From positions 660,001-692,000 of the forward strand of contig NC_013967.1 in assembly GCF_000025685.1 (NCBI RefSeq): a stretch of 32,000 nt of DNA, given 5' to 3'. The position numbers and the translations under genes are program-made. The notes beneath the pieces are model-generated. The model ran no database searches, was not told the origin of the DNA, and saw nothing but the letters and a program-made list of their open reading frames with translations. Below are positions 8,291-16,800 of this stretch, one piece after another (within the stretch, counting starts at the first letter, position 1; each line of letters starts with the position of its first letter). The DNA is from Haloferax volcanii DS2 (GTDB lineage: Archaea; Halobacteriota; Halobacteria; Halobacteriales; Haloferacaceae).

Positions 8291-10273
8291 ATGCCCCTCG
8301 GCTCACCTTCCATCGACTCCCTCTCCGAAACCGTCGCCGCGGCGCTCCCGGACGCGCTCGGCGACCGGCTCGCCGACGCGACCGGCAGCCAGCGCGACTC
8401 CCGTGACTCCGCCGGCGACTGCGGCTGTGAACCCGCCTTCTCGACGCCCACCGACCGCCCCGACGACGACACCGTGACGCTCGCGGTCGACGCCGGCGAC
8501 TGCCCGCACCGCGGGTCGCTCTCGACTTCGGCCCCCTGCCGCGCGGCGGTCGTCGAGGCGCTCGAAACCCGCGACGCCGACCGACTCGTCGTCCGCGCCG
8601 ACGGACTCGAACGCCGGTACGACGCCGACGCGACCGGCTTGCTCGTCGCCGCCGGCCGGTTCGCAGAGCGCGTCCGCTTCCGCGACGACCGCCTCGCAGA
8701 CCGCGCCCGCGATGACCCGCTCGGAGCCGCCCACGAGGCGACGGGTCGCGCCGGGCCGGTCCGCCGCGCCGCCGTCGAGACCGGGCTCGCGGAGGGCGCG
8801 TCCCGAAGCGCCGACTACGGCGACGCACTCCGGGCGGTGGTCGGACCGACGCTCGCACGCTCTCGCGTCGACCCCCGTCCACCGGCCGACGGGCGACTCG
8901 TCGAGGCGACCGACCTCGACACCGGCGCAGTCGCCCGCCGCTACGAGTGCCCGCGCGACCCCGTCTACCATCTCACGCCGCCCGAATCGACGCTCGACCA
9001 GCGCGCCGCGCGGACGCTCGAAGCCGCCCACGACCGACTCGCCCGCGGCATCGTCGACGCCGGCCCCCGCGCGCCGGGTCGCGCCGTCCGACTCGCCGCG
9101 GACGCGGACGCCCCGGTCGAGACGCTCGCGGCGATTCTGGCGAAGCACACCACGGGTAACGGCGTTCTCGACGACCTGTTTTCGGACCCCGCGGTCTCGG
9201 ACGTGTACGTCTCGACGCCCGCCGACGAGAACCCGATTCGCGTCGTCGCCGACGGCGTCTCGATGCCGACGAACGTCCGCCTCGCGCCCGGCGGCGCGGA
9301 GTCGCTCGCCTCCCGCCTGCGACGCGTGAGCGGCGCGTCGTTCTCCCGCGCCGACCCGACGCTCGACACCGTCGTCGAGGCCGGCGGCGCGAACGTCCGG
9401 GTCGCGGGCGTGACCGCGCCCGCCAGCGACGGACTGGGCTTCGCGTTCCGCCGCCACGACGAGACGCCGCTGACGCTCCCCGCGCTCGTCGCCAACGGGA
9501 CGCTGTCGGCCGACGCCGCGACGCTCTGCTCGCTCGCGGTCGAACGCGGGGCCTCGGTCCTCGTCGCCGGCTCCCGCGGGGCCGGCAAGACGACGTTCCT
9601 CGGCTCGCTCCTGTGGGAACTCCCGCGCGACGTTCGCACGGTGCTCATCGAGGACACGCCGGAGCTGCCGGCGTCGAGCCTGCTTGACGCCGACCGCGAC
9701 GTACAGTCGCTCCGAACCGACACGACCGGTGGCCCGGAGCCGACGCCGCAGGAGGCGCTCCACGCGGCGCTCCGACTGGGCGACGGCGCGCTCGCGCTCG
9801 GCGAAGTCCGGGGCGAGGAGGCCGCCGTCCTCTACGAGGCGATGCGCGTGGGCGCGAACGCCAACGCGGTCCTCGGAACCATTCACGGCGACGGGGCCGC
9901 CGACGTGCGCGAGCGCGTCGTCTCCGACCTCGGCGTCCCGGCGTCGTCGTTCGCCGCCACCGACCTCGTCGTCACCTGCGAACACGCTGACGAACACCGC
10001 GTCGCCCGCGTGGAAGAGGTCCGCCCCGTCGGCGACGACGCGGCGTTCGAGACGCTGTTCGAACACGACGGGCGCGCCCTCGAACCCACGGGGTCGGTCG
10101 CGCGCGGCGACAGCCTCGCGGTCGAATCCCTGGCCCGCCCCGGCGAGTCGTACGCGGACGTGCTCGATGCGCTCGACGCCCGCGCCACTCACCTCGCCTC
10201 GCTCGCCGAGACGGAGCGGACGGCTCCAGACGACCTCGCCGCGGCCCGCGCGGAGCGTGGTTCGGGATGCTGA
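8291..10273 (+). CDS. Type II/IV secretion-system ATPase (GspE/VirB11/FlaI/TadA superfamily; archaeal PilB-like)
   Basis: 660 aa. Walker A is GSRGAGKTT, the Asp-box is VLIEDTPEL, Walker B is ALALGEVRGEEA and the His-box is VLGTIHGDG. A long N-terminal region (~250 aa) carries a Cys cluster. The stop is overlapped by the platform gene's ATG. Confidence 0.85.
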   Translation: MPLGSPSIDSLSETVAAALPDALGDRLADATGSQRDSRDSAGDCGCEPAFSTPTDRPDDDTVTLAVDAGDCPHRGSLSTSAPCRAAVVEALETRDADRLVVRADGLERRYDADATGLLVAAGRFAERVRFRDDRLADRARDDPLGAAHEATGRAGPVRRAAVETGLAEGASRSADYGDALRAVVGPTLARSRVDPRPPADGRLVEATDLDTGAVARRYECPRDPVYHLTPPESTLDQRAARTLEAAHDRLARGIVDAGPRAPGRAVRLAADADAPVETLAAILAKHTTGNGVLDDLFSDPAVSDVYVSTPADENPIRVVADGVSMPTNVRLAPGGAESLASRLRRVSGASFSRADPTLDTVVEAGGANVRVAGVTAPASDGLGFAFRRHDETPLTLPALVANGTLSADAATLCSLAVERGASVLVAGSRGAGKTTFLGSLLWELPRDVRTVLIEDTPELPASSLLDADRDVQSLRTDTTGGPEPTPQEALHAALRLGDGALALGEVRGEEAAVLYEAMRVGANANAVLGTIHGDGAADVRERVVSDLGVPASSFAATDLVVTCEHADEHRVARVEEVRPVGDDAAFETLFEHDGRALEPTGSVARGDSLAVESLARPGESYADVLDALDARATHLASLAETERTAPDDLAAARAERGSGC

Positions 10274-12030
10274 ACCCGGACACGGATGCGCCCGCGGACC
10301 CCGACTCGAATCCGGCGGTCCGCACGGCCGTGACGACGCTCGCGCGGCTCTCGCCCGACTCCATCGACGCCGAGCCGAGCGACGAACTCCGCCGGTCGCT
10401 CGCGTTTCTCGACGCCGGTTTCGACCCCGAGACGGTCGTAGCAGCGGGCTACGGCGCGGCGCTCCCCGCCGGACTGCTCGGCGGACTCGTCGCGCTCGTC
10501 GCTCGACTTCCGACCGTCACCGTCGTCTTCGTCGCGCTCGCGGCCGCGCTCGGCGCGACCCACGCGGTTCACACGCTCCCGGTCTGGCTGGCGACGCTCC
10601 GCCGGACGCGGGCGCTCGGGAACGCGCCGGAACTCGTCGGCCGCATCGCGCTTCGGATGCGCATCGAGCCCTCCGTCGAGCGGGCCAGCGCGTTCGCCGC
10701 GCGCGGCGGCGACGACCCGCTTTCGACCTCGCTCGCCGCGCACACCGACCGCGCCCGCGGAACGCCGACCGCGGGACTCTCCGCGTTCGCCGACGCGTGG
10801 CGCGCGTGGTTCCCGGCGCTCGACCGTTCGACCGCGCTCTTGCAGACCGCCGCGGACGTTCCCGCCGGCGAGCGCGACCGGGCCCTCGACCGCGCCCACG
10901 AGGTCGTTCGCGAGGGAACCCGCGACCGCCTCGCCGACTTCGTCGGCTCCGTCCGCGGGCCCGTGACGGCGGTCTACGCCTTCGGCGTCCTGCTCCCGCT
11001 CGCGCTCGTCGGCGCGCTCCCCGCCGCCCGCGTCGCCGGCGTCGGCGTCACCGCCGCGCACGTCGCCTTCGTCTACGACGTGGCGCTTCCCGCGTGCCTC
11101 CTCGCCGCCGTCGGGTGGGTGCTCGTCCGCCGGCCGGTCGCGTTCGCGCCGCTCTCGGTCGATGCGTCCCACCCCGCGGTCGATGACCACCGACTCCTCG
11201 GCGTCGCCGGTGGCGCGGTCGCTGGCATCGTCGGGTTCGTCGCCGCCGACGCGCTCGTCGCACCGTGGCTCGCGCCGCTCGCCGCCGCCGGCCTCGGGAC
11301 CGGAACCGCGCTGTTCGTCGCGGCCCGCCCGGTCGTGGTGCTCAGAGCCCGCGTCCGCGCGGTCGAAGACGGCCTCCCCGACGCGCTCTACCTCGTCGGC
11401 CGCGCCGTCAGCGAGGGCGAAGCCGTCGAATCCGCGCTCGCCCGCGCGGCGACCTCGGTCCCGGGCGAAACCGGCGACCTGCTCGACGAAGCGGTCGGCG
11501 TCCAGCGTCGCCTCCGCGTGGGCGTCGTCGAGTCGTTCCGCGGCGAGTACGGCGTCCTCGAATCGACGCCGGGCCCCCGGGTCGCGGGCGTGGCGACGCT
11601 CCTCGGCCTCGCCGCCAGCGAGGGTCGCCCCGCCGGCCGCGCCATCGTCTCGATGGCCGACCAGCTCTCGGCGCTCGCCCGACTCGACGCCGAGGCCCGC
11701 CGCGAACTCGCCTCGGTCACGGAGACGCTGTCGAACACGGCCGCCGTCTTCGGGCCGCTCGTCGCCGGCGCGACCGTCGCGCTCGCCGACGGGATGGCCC
11801 CCGCGAAGACGCTCGACCAGACCGCCGTCGCAACGCCGCTTTCGACCGCCGACCTCGGACTCGCCGTCGGCGCGTACGTCCTCCTCTCGGCGGTCATTCT
11901 GACGACGCTCTCGGTCGGCGTCGAACACGGCCTCGACCGCCACCTCGTGGCCTCCCGCGTCGGCCGCGCGCTCGTGTCGGCGACGGCGACGTTCGCCGTC
12001 GCGTTCGCCGCCGCGGGGACGCTCGTCTGA
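10267..12030 (+). CDS. Polytopic membrane platform protein (type II secretion system F family; TadC/PilC/FlaJ-like)
   Basis: 587 aa with several long hydrophobic segments. Two cytoplasmic T2SF-like repeats are visible, for example PELVGRIALRMRIEPSVERA... and LPDALYLVGRAVSEGEAVESALARAA...LLDEAVGVQRRLRVG. It overlaps the ATPase gene by 7 nt (ATGCTGA). Pairing with a GspE-type ATPase is the standard arrangement. Confidence 0.7.
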   Translation: MLNPDTDAPADPDSNPAVRTAVTTLARLSPDSIDAEPSDELRRSLAFLDAGFDPETVVAAGYGAALPAGLLGGLVALVARLPTVTVVFVALAAALGATHAVHTLPVWLATLRRTRALGNAPELVGRIALRMRIEPSVERASAFAARGGDDPLSTSLAAHTDRARGTPTAGLSAFADAWRAWFPALDRSTALLQTAADVPAGERDRALDRAHEVVREGTRDRLADFVGSVRGPVTAVYAFGVLLPLALVGALPAARVAGVGVTAAHVAFVYDVALPACLLAAVGWVLVRRPVAFAPLSVDASHPAVDDHRLLGVAGGAVAGIVGFVAADALVAPWLAPLAAAGLGTGTALFVAARPVVVLRARVRAVEDGLPDALYLVGRAVSEGEAVESALARAATSVPGETGDLLDEAVGVQRRLRVGVVESFRGEYGVLESTPGPRVAGVATLLGLAASEGRPAGRAIVSMADQLSALARLDAEARRELASVTETLSNTAAVFGPLVAGATVALADGMAPAKTLDQTAVATPLSTADLGLAVGAYVLLSAVILTTLSVGVEHGLDRHLVASRVGRALVSATATFAVAFAAAGTLV

Positions 12031-12053
12031 GCCGCCGCGAGTTCGTGCTGAGG

Positions 12054-12084
12054 TTTATATACCCGGACGGGACCACCCCGGTCT
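12054..12084 (+). promoter_or_regulatory. Promoter cassette P3 (TATA TTTATATA + 23 nt + ATG), leaderless unit 3
   Basis: Consensus TTTATATA at 12054-12061, CCCGGACGGGACCAC at 12062-12076, ATG at 12085. Confidence 0.65.
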
Positions 12085-12555
12085 ATGCTCGACGCACCGC
12101 TCGATACGCTTTACACGTGGACCGCGCTCTCGGTGGCCGCGACCGTCCTCATCGGGACGGTCGCCGGCCTCCCGGTGACGCCCGCACCCGACGCCTCGGG
12201 GGTCGCGGACGCCGTCGATACCGTGGCCGTCGCCGACTACGACGCGACCGCCGAACACGACCTCGACGCCGACGCCGTCCGCATCGGCCCGCACCGCATC
12301 GGGCTCCGAAACGACGGCGGTGCGGCGCACGCCACGTTCGGATTCGGCCCGGTCACGCCGGTAACTCCCGACTCTCGACTCGGCTCGGTCGCCCGCGGCG
12401 CACCCCCGAGCGCCGTCTTCGACACGGCCGCCGAGTTCGACGCCGCGGCCGAGACCGCACGCGACCGGGACGCCTCGTGGCGGCCCGCCAGCGAACTGCT
12501 CGTCGTCCGCCACGTCAGTTGGGAGGGAACGGATGTCACCGTCGTCTCGGCGTAG
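12085..12555 (+). CDS. N-terminally anchored small protein, pilus-associated (unknown family)
   Basis: 156 aa. It has a single N-terminal hydrophobic helix (TLYTWTALSVAATVLIGTVAGL) followed by an acidic Asp/Ala/Thr/Val-rich domain. It is the first gene of unit 3. Confidence 0.65.
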   Translation: MLDAPLDTLYTWTALSVAATVLIGTVAGLPVTPAPDASGVADAVDTVAVADYDATAEHDLDADAVRIGPHRIGLRNDGGAAHATFGFGPVTPVTPDSRLGSVARGAPPSAVFDTAAEFDAAAETARDRDASWRPASELLVVRHVSWEGTDVTVVSA

Positions 12556-12925
12556 AGCACAGGCCTCGCCCGTCGCCGCGCTCACCGCGTTGCTCGTCGT
12601 CTGCGCGGCGATTTCGGGCTACGCGACGGTGCTCGACGAGTCGATGCCGACCGCCGACCGCGACCTCGCGTCCGCGACCCTGTCGAACGTCGAGTCCGCG
12701 CTCGAAGACGACTCGGGCGTCGTCGTCCTCTCACGGCTCTCCGACGCCCGTGACGCCTGTCCGGACGGCTTTTCCTGCCGCGTCGTCGTCGCCGTCGACG
12801 ACGACCGCCGCGCCGTCGGCCCCGACGCGCCCGCCGACGCCGACACCGATTCGACTCGGGTCACCGTCCGCGCCGAGCCCGGACGCGTCGGCTTCGGCAC
12901 GCTCCGCGTCGAGGTGTGGCGATGA
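12533..12925 (+). CDS. Pilin-like protein with a class III (prepilin-type) signal motif
   Basis: 130 aa. The N-terminus MSPSSRRRAQASPVAALTALLVVCAAISGYA resembles the archaeal prepilin pattern (K/R)(G/A)|x-SPV-hydrophobic. A GGAGG-like SD (GGGAGGG) ends about 6 nt before the ATG. It overlaps the upstream gene by 23 nt. Confidence 0.6.
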   Translation: MSPSSRRRAQASPVAALTALLVVCAAISGYATVLDESMPTADRDLASATLSNVESALEDDSGVVVLSRLSDARDACPDGFSCRVVVAVDDDRRAVGPDAPADADTDSTRVTVRAEPGRVGFGTLRVEVWR

Positions 12926-13806
12926 CCGACCTCGTCTTCGACGTGACGGTGTGTCTACTCCTCGTGAGCGCGAGCATCGGCCTCGTCGTCACCGCGGACG
13001 CCGGCGCGGACACCGGCCTCAACGGCGATGCCGCCGTCGACGCCGACGGGGTCGCCTCGTCGCTGGCCACGAGCACCGCGACGGTCAACTACTCGCTTTC
13101 ACCCGGCGTCGACGCGGCCGACCCGTCGTTGCTCGATGCCGACGACATCGACGCCCGCGAACTCGAACGGACCGCCCACGGCAGCCTCGCCGGACTCCTC
13201 GCCCGCTCGACGCTCGGCGCAGTCACCGTCGATGGCGTTCGCCTGACCCGCGCCCGCGACGACTTCCGGAAGCGGGCCGCCGCCCGCGTCGCCTCCGAAC
13301 TCCCGACGCGCGGCGTCTCCGTCGCCGTCTCGTGGACGCCGTTCCCCGGTTCGTCCGTCCGCGCGAACGACACGCTCGGTCCCGAGCCGCCGTCCTCGGC
13401 GACGGTTCACTCCGCGACGCTCGACGTGCCGAGCGGGTTCCCCGCAGCGCGCGAAGACGCCATCGCCGCCAGCGACGACGGCTTCGACGCCGTCGCTCGG
13501 CTCGTCGCGGACCGGACTGTCGCCGGGCTGTTCCCGCCGACGCTCGCCCGGCTCGCGCTCCGCGGCGACGAGCCGGTATCGACGCTGATGGCTCACCGCT
13601 ACGAGCGGGCCGGCGCGCTGGCGGGGGCCTCCGTCGCGCCCGAGGTCGCCCGCGAGGAGACTCGCGCCGCCAACGCCGACCTCGCCGCGGCGCTGAATCC
13701 GCGGTTCGCAAAGACGATGCGCGCCCGGTACGACACCCCGCGCGCCGCCGCCGAGGCCGTCTCCGTGGGACGCGTCACCGTCGTCGTCAGGACGTGGTCG
13801 CCGTGA
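12922..13806 (+). CDS. N-terminally anchored extracellular protein, pilus-associated (unknown family)
   Basis: The track ORF begins at GTG 12916. The ATG at 12922 forms an ATGA overlap with the upstream stop and has GAGGTG 6-11 nt upstream (294 aa). The N-terminal helix is DLVFDVTVCLLLVSASIGLVV. Sequons NYS and NDT are present. Confidence 0.6.
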   Translation: MTDLVFDVTVCLLLVSASIGLVVTADAGADTGLNGDAAVDADGVASSLATSTATVNYSLSPGVDAADPSLLDADDIDARELERTAHGSLAGLLARSTLGAVTVDGVRLTRARDDFRKRAAARVASELPTRGVSVAVSWTPFPGSSVRANDTLGPEPPSSATVHSATLDVPSGFPAAREDAIAASDDGFDAVARLVADRTVAGLFPPTLARLALRGDEPVSTLMAHRYERAGALAGASVAPEVAREETRAANADLAAALNPRFAKTMRARYDTPRAAAEAVSVGRVTVVVRTWSP

Positions 13807-16800
13807 GACTCGCCGCCGACGACCGGGGGCGGGTTCCGTTCGCCCTCCTCGGCGTGTTACTGCTCGTCGGGAGCGCGACGTTCTCCGGCGCGCTCTCGGC
13901 CCACGACCCCGTGGCCGACCGCCGCGTCGACGACGCGATGGACCGAGCGACCGCGCAGGCCGACGCCGCCGTCCGCGCGGCCGTCGGCGACGCGGCGCGC
14001 GAGGCCGCGGCGAACCCCGTCACCTCGCCCGCGAACACGACCGCCGGGCGACTGCTCTCGGACGAGCACACCTTCCGCGACTATCTTCGGCTCCGAATCG
14101 CGCTGGCCGCGACGGAGCGGCTCCGCGCCGTCTCGGTCGGCCGCGGCGACGTGAACGCGACCGCGACCCTGCCGCGACCGACGAACGAGTCGAGCCTGCG
14201 AGACGCGATGGACCGCGTCTCCATATCGAGTCGCGAGAACGGAACCGTCCTCGTCGCGACCGTCGAGAACGTCTCCGTCGAAGTCGCCCGCGGCGGCCGC
14301 ACCGTCGCCGCCGACTCAGTCACTACGACGGTCGGCGTCCGGACGCCGGTCCTCGCGCTCCACGACCGGACCGAATCCTTCGAGCGCCGCCTCGACGCGA
14401 ATGCGCTGGACGGCGGGACGCTCGACGCGACGGTGACGACCGCGCTGTGGGCCTCGGCGTGGACCCGCGGCTGGAGCCAGTACGCCGGCGCGCCCGTGGA
14501 CAACGTCGTCTCGAACGACCACGCCGCGCTGGCGACGAACGCCGGCGTCCTCCTCGCCGAACAGCAGGCGTTCGGGGCGACGGACGCCGACGCCCGCGGC
14601 GCGACCGGCCGCGACGCCGTCCGCGTCGGTGCCCAGAGCCTGCTCTCGCAGACCGGCGCCCCCGCCGCGCCCGAACTGGCGAACGCGCTCCCCGCACCGA
14701 ACCCGGACGCGGAGTCGCCCGCGAGCGAGGTCCCGACGAACCGGACCATCAACGCCTCCGTCGGCTCCGCCGCCGACCACGCGCTTGTCGGCCTCCTCGA
14801 CGGCCGCGGCGACGCGCCGGCCTACGACGACGTGGTCGCGGACGCCCACCGCGCCGGGGTGGAAATCGACGCCGAAACGGACGTTCTCTCTCGGACCGAA
14901 GACCCGTCGGAGAACTCCGGACGCGGATGGACACTCGTCAGCATCTCGACCGACACGTCGTCGTCGGCCGAGACGGTGCCGACGCGAACTCCGGCGGTCG
15001 ACGCTGACACCGTCGTCGTCGACGCCGGCTCCCGCATCGTGACGACGGTCGAGACGACCACTCGAACGTTCCGCCGGGGCAACGAAACGCTCCAGACCGA
15101 AGCGCGAACGGAGACGAGGACGCGCGTCGACCTCGCGGCCGTCGTCGACCCGGCCGCCGTCTCAGCCCCCGTTCGACCCATCGACCCCGCGGCCACCTCC
15201 GGCGGCGCGCTCGACGGCGAAAACTTCGCCGCGGCCGCCGACGCGGCCGCCGACATGGTCGTGACGCGCGGCGGCTTCGACGACATCGCCTGCGATGTTG
15301 TGACCGGCATCCCGCCCGAACCGCGACAGACGACCGCACCGATGGCAGCCGGTCTCGACCGCTGGGTTCGCTCGGACCTCATCGCGCTCGCTGACCGGGT
15401 CAGAGACCGGCGCGTGACGGTGTCTGCGCGGCGAGTCGCCGCGGGCGAGGTGAACCCCGCCGCAGAGCTCGCGTCCGACCTCCGCGCCGACCGCAGCGAC
15501 CTCGTGGACGCGCCGGCCGCCTACGACGGCGTCGCGGACCGGGCTCGCGTCACGGTTCGCGCGACCTACCTCGACCGCGTGCTGGCGACGCTCGACCGCC
15601 GGGCGAACCAGACCGCGGCGGCGAGCGACGCGGCCAACAACGAGAGCAAGGACGCGGAGTTCGGCTCGCTCTCGGAGGCGGTCCGCGCCGAGGAGGTCGC
15701 CCGCGCGGCGCTCGGTGACTCGCGAGCCGACGGCGCGAACGGAACTGCCAACGAAAGCGGCGTCAGATTCGTCCCCGACGCGGACCCGATGTACCTCTCG
15801 CTCGGCGGCCTCGATGGCGCTGCGGTCCCCACGGTCGCCCGGGGCGGCACGTATCACCCGCTCGTCGCCCGCAACACGAACCTGTTTACGCTCCCCTACG
15901 GCGACGCCGCCGACACGGTTCTCGAACCGCTGTTCGGCGCGAACCGCCGCGTTCCCCTCCGCGTCGCGGCCCGCACGCTCCTCGCGGCCGACTCGACGCT
16001 CGAAAACACGAACGCAACGAACGAGACGCTTGCCGACCGCCGCGACAGGCTCGAAACCGCGGTCGACCGGTCGGTCGTTCCCGCGGAGGAGGCCGCCCGC
16101 CACACGCTTCGCGACCACACCAACCACTCCGTGACGGAGCGCCAGCGAATCTTGGAGCGCTCGCTCGGCGCGTGGGACGACCCGGCTCGTCGGGCGCTGG
16201 CGATTACGAACGGCTCCGCGGCGCGCGCAATCGCCGTCGAGGCCGCCGCTCCGGGAACCGTCGAGGCCGACCTCCTCGAACTCCGCCTCGACGATGCGTT
16301 CCGAGCCGTTCGCAGCGACCGCTCGACGACGGTCCCACAGCGGCTGACGAACCGGACCGTCGAGACGACGCGGACCGCCCGCCAGCAGGCCGTCTCCGAC
16401 ACCGCGACCGATGCGGCGATGAGCGCGACCGAGGACGCGGTCGCAGACCGCCTGAACGACACGCTCGACTCGCGGTTCGACACGTCGTTCAAGCGCATCC
16501 CCGCCGGAATGCCGGTCGCGCCCGTCCCCGGCTCCTGGTACGCCACGGTCAACGTCTGGGACGTGGCGGTCGCCGGCGAGTTCGCGCAGTTCCGCGTCCA
16601 CGCCCGCGGCGACGCCGAGTCGCTGACGTACGCCCGCGACGGCTCGACGGTCGCCCTCGACTGGGACGACGACGGCACCGCCGAGACGGTCGGTCGCGGC
16701 GACCGCGTCTCGTTCGACGTGGAGACGACGATCGTCGTCGCGGTGCCGCCGTCGGGCGTCGGCGTCGGTGACATCGACGGCAACGCGGACGAGCGCTCCG

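Noticed and set aside
8303-10192. 629-aa ORF antisense to the secretion ATPase
   Set aside because: It is Arg/Gly/Val/Asp-rich with no motifs, while the opposite strand carries complete Walker A/B, Asp-box and His-box motifs. It is a shadow ORF.
10189-11943. 584-aa minus-strand ORF, together with similar long ORFs at 15162-16883(-), 5349-6917(+), 5917-7056(-), 3263-4489(-), 4626-5603(-), 21079-22707(-), 25205-26530(-), 7455-8882(-), 9684-11186(+) and 16549-17607(-)
   Set aside because: All overlap better-supported genes on another frame or strand. All have the Arg/Pro/Gly/Ala bias expected from stop-codon-poor GC-rich DNA.
12533-12640. Twin-arginine (Tat) signal reading of SSRRRAQASPVAALTALLVV
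   Set aside because: The RR is present, but the following residues do not fit RRxFLK, and the A-Q-A-SPV-hydrophobic pattern fits archaeal class III signals better, especially given the adjacent ATPase and platform genes. It remains an alternative that prediction tools or N-terminal proteomics could test.
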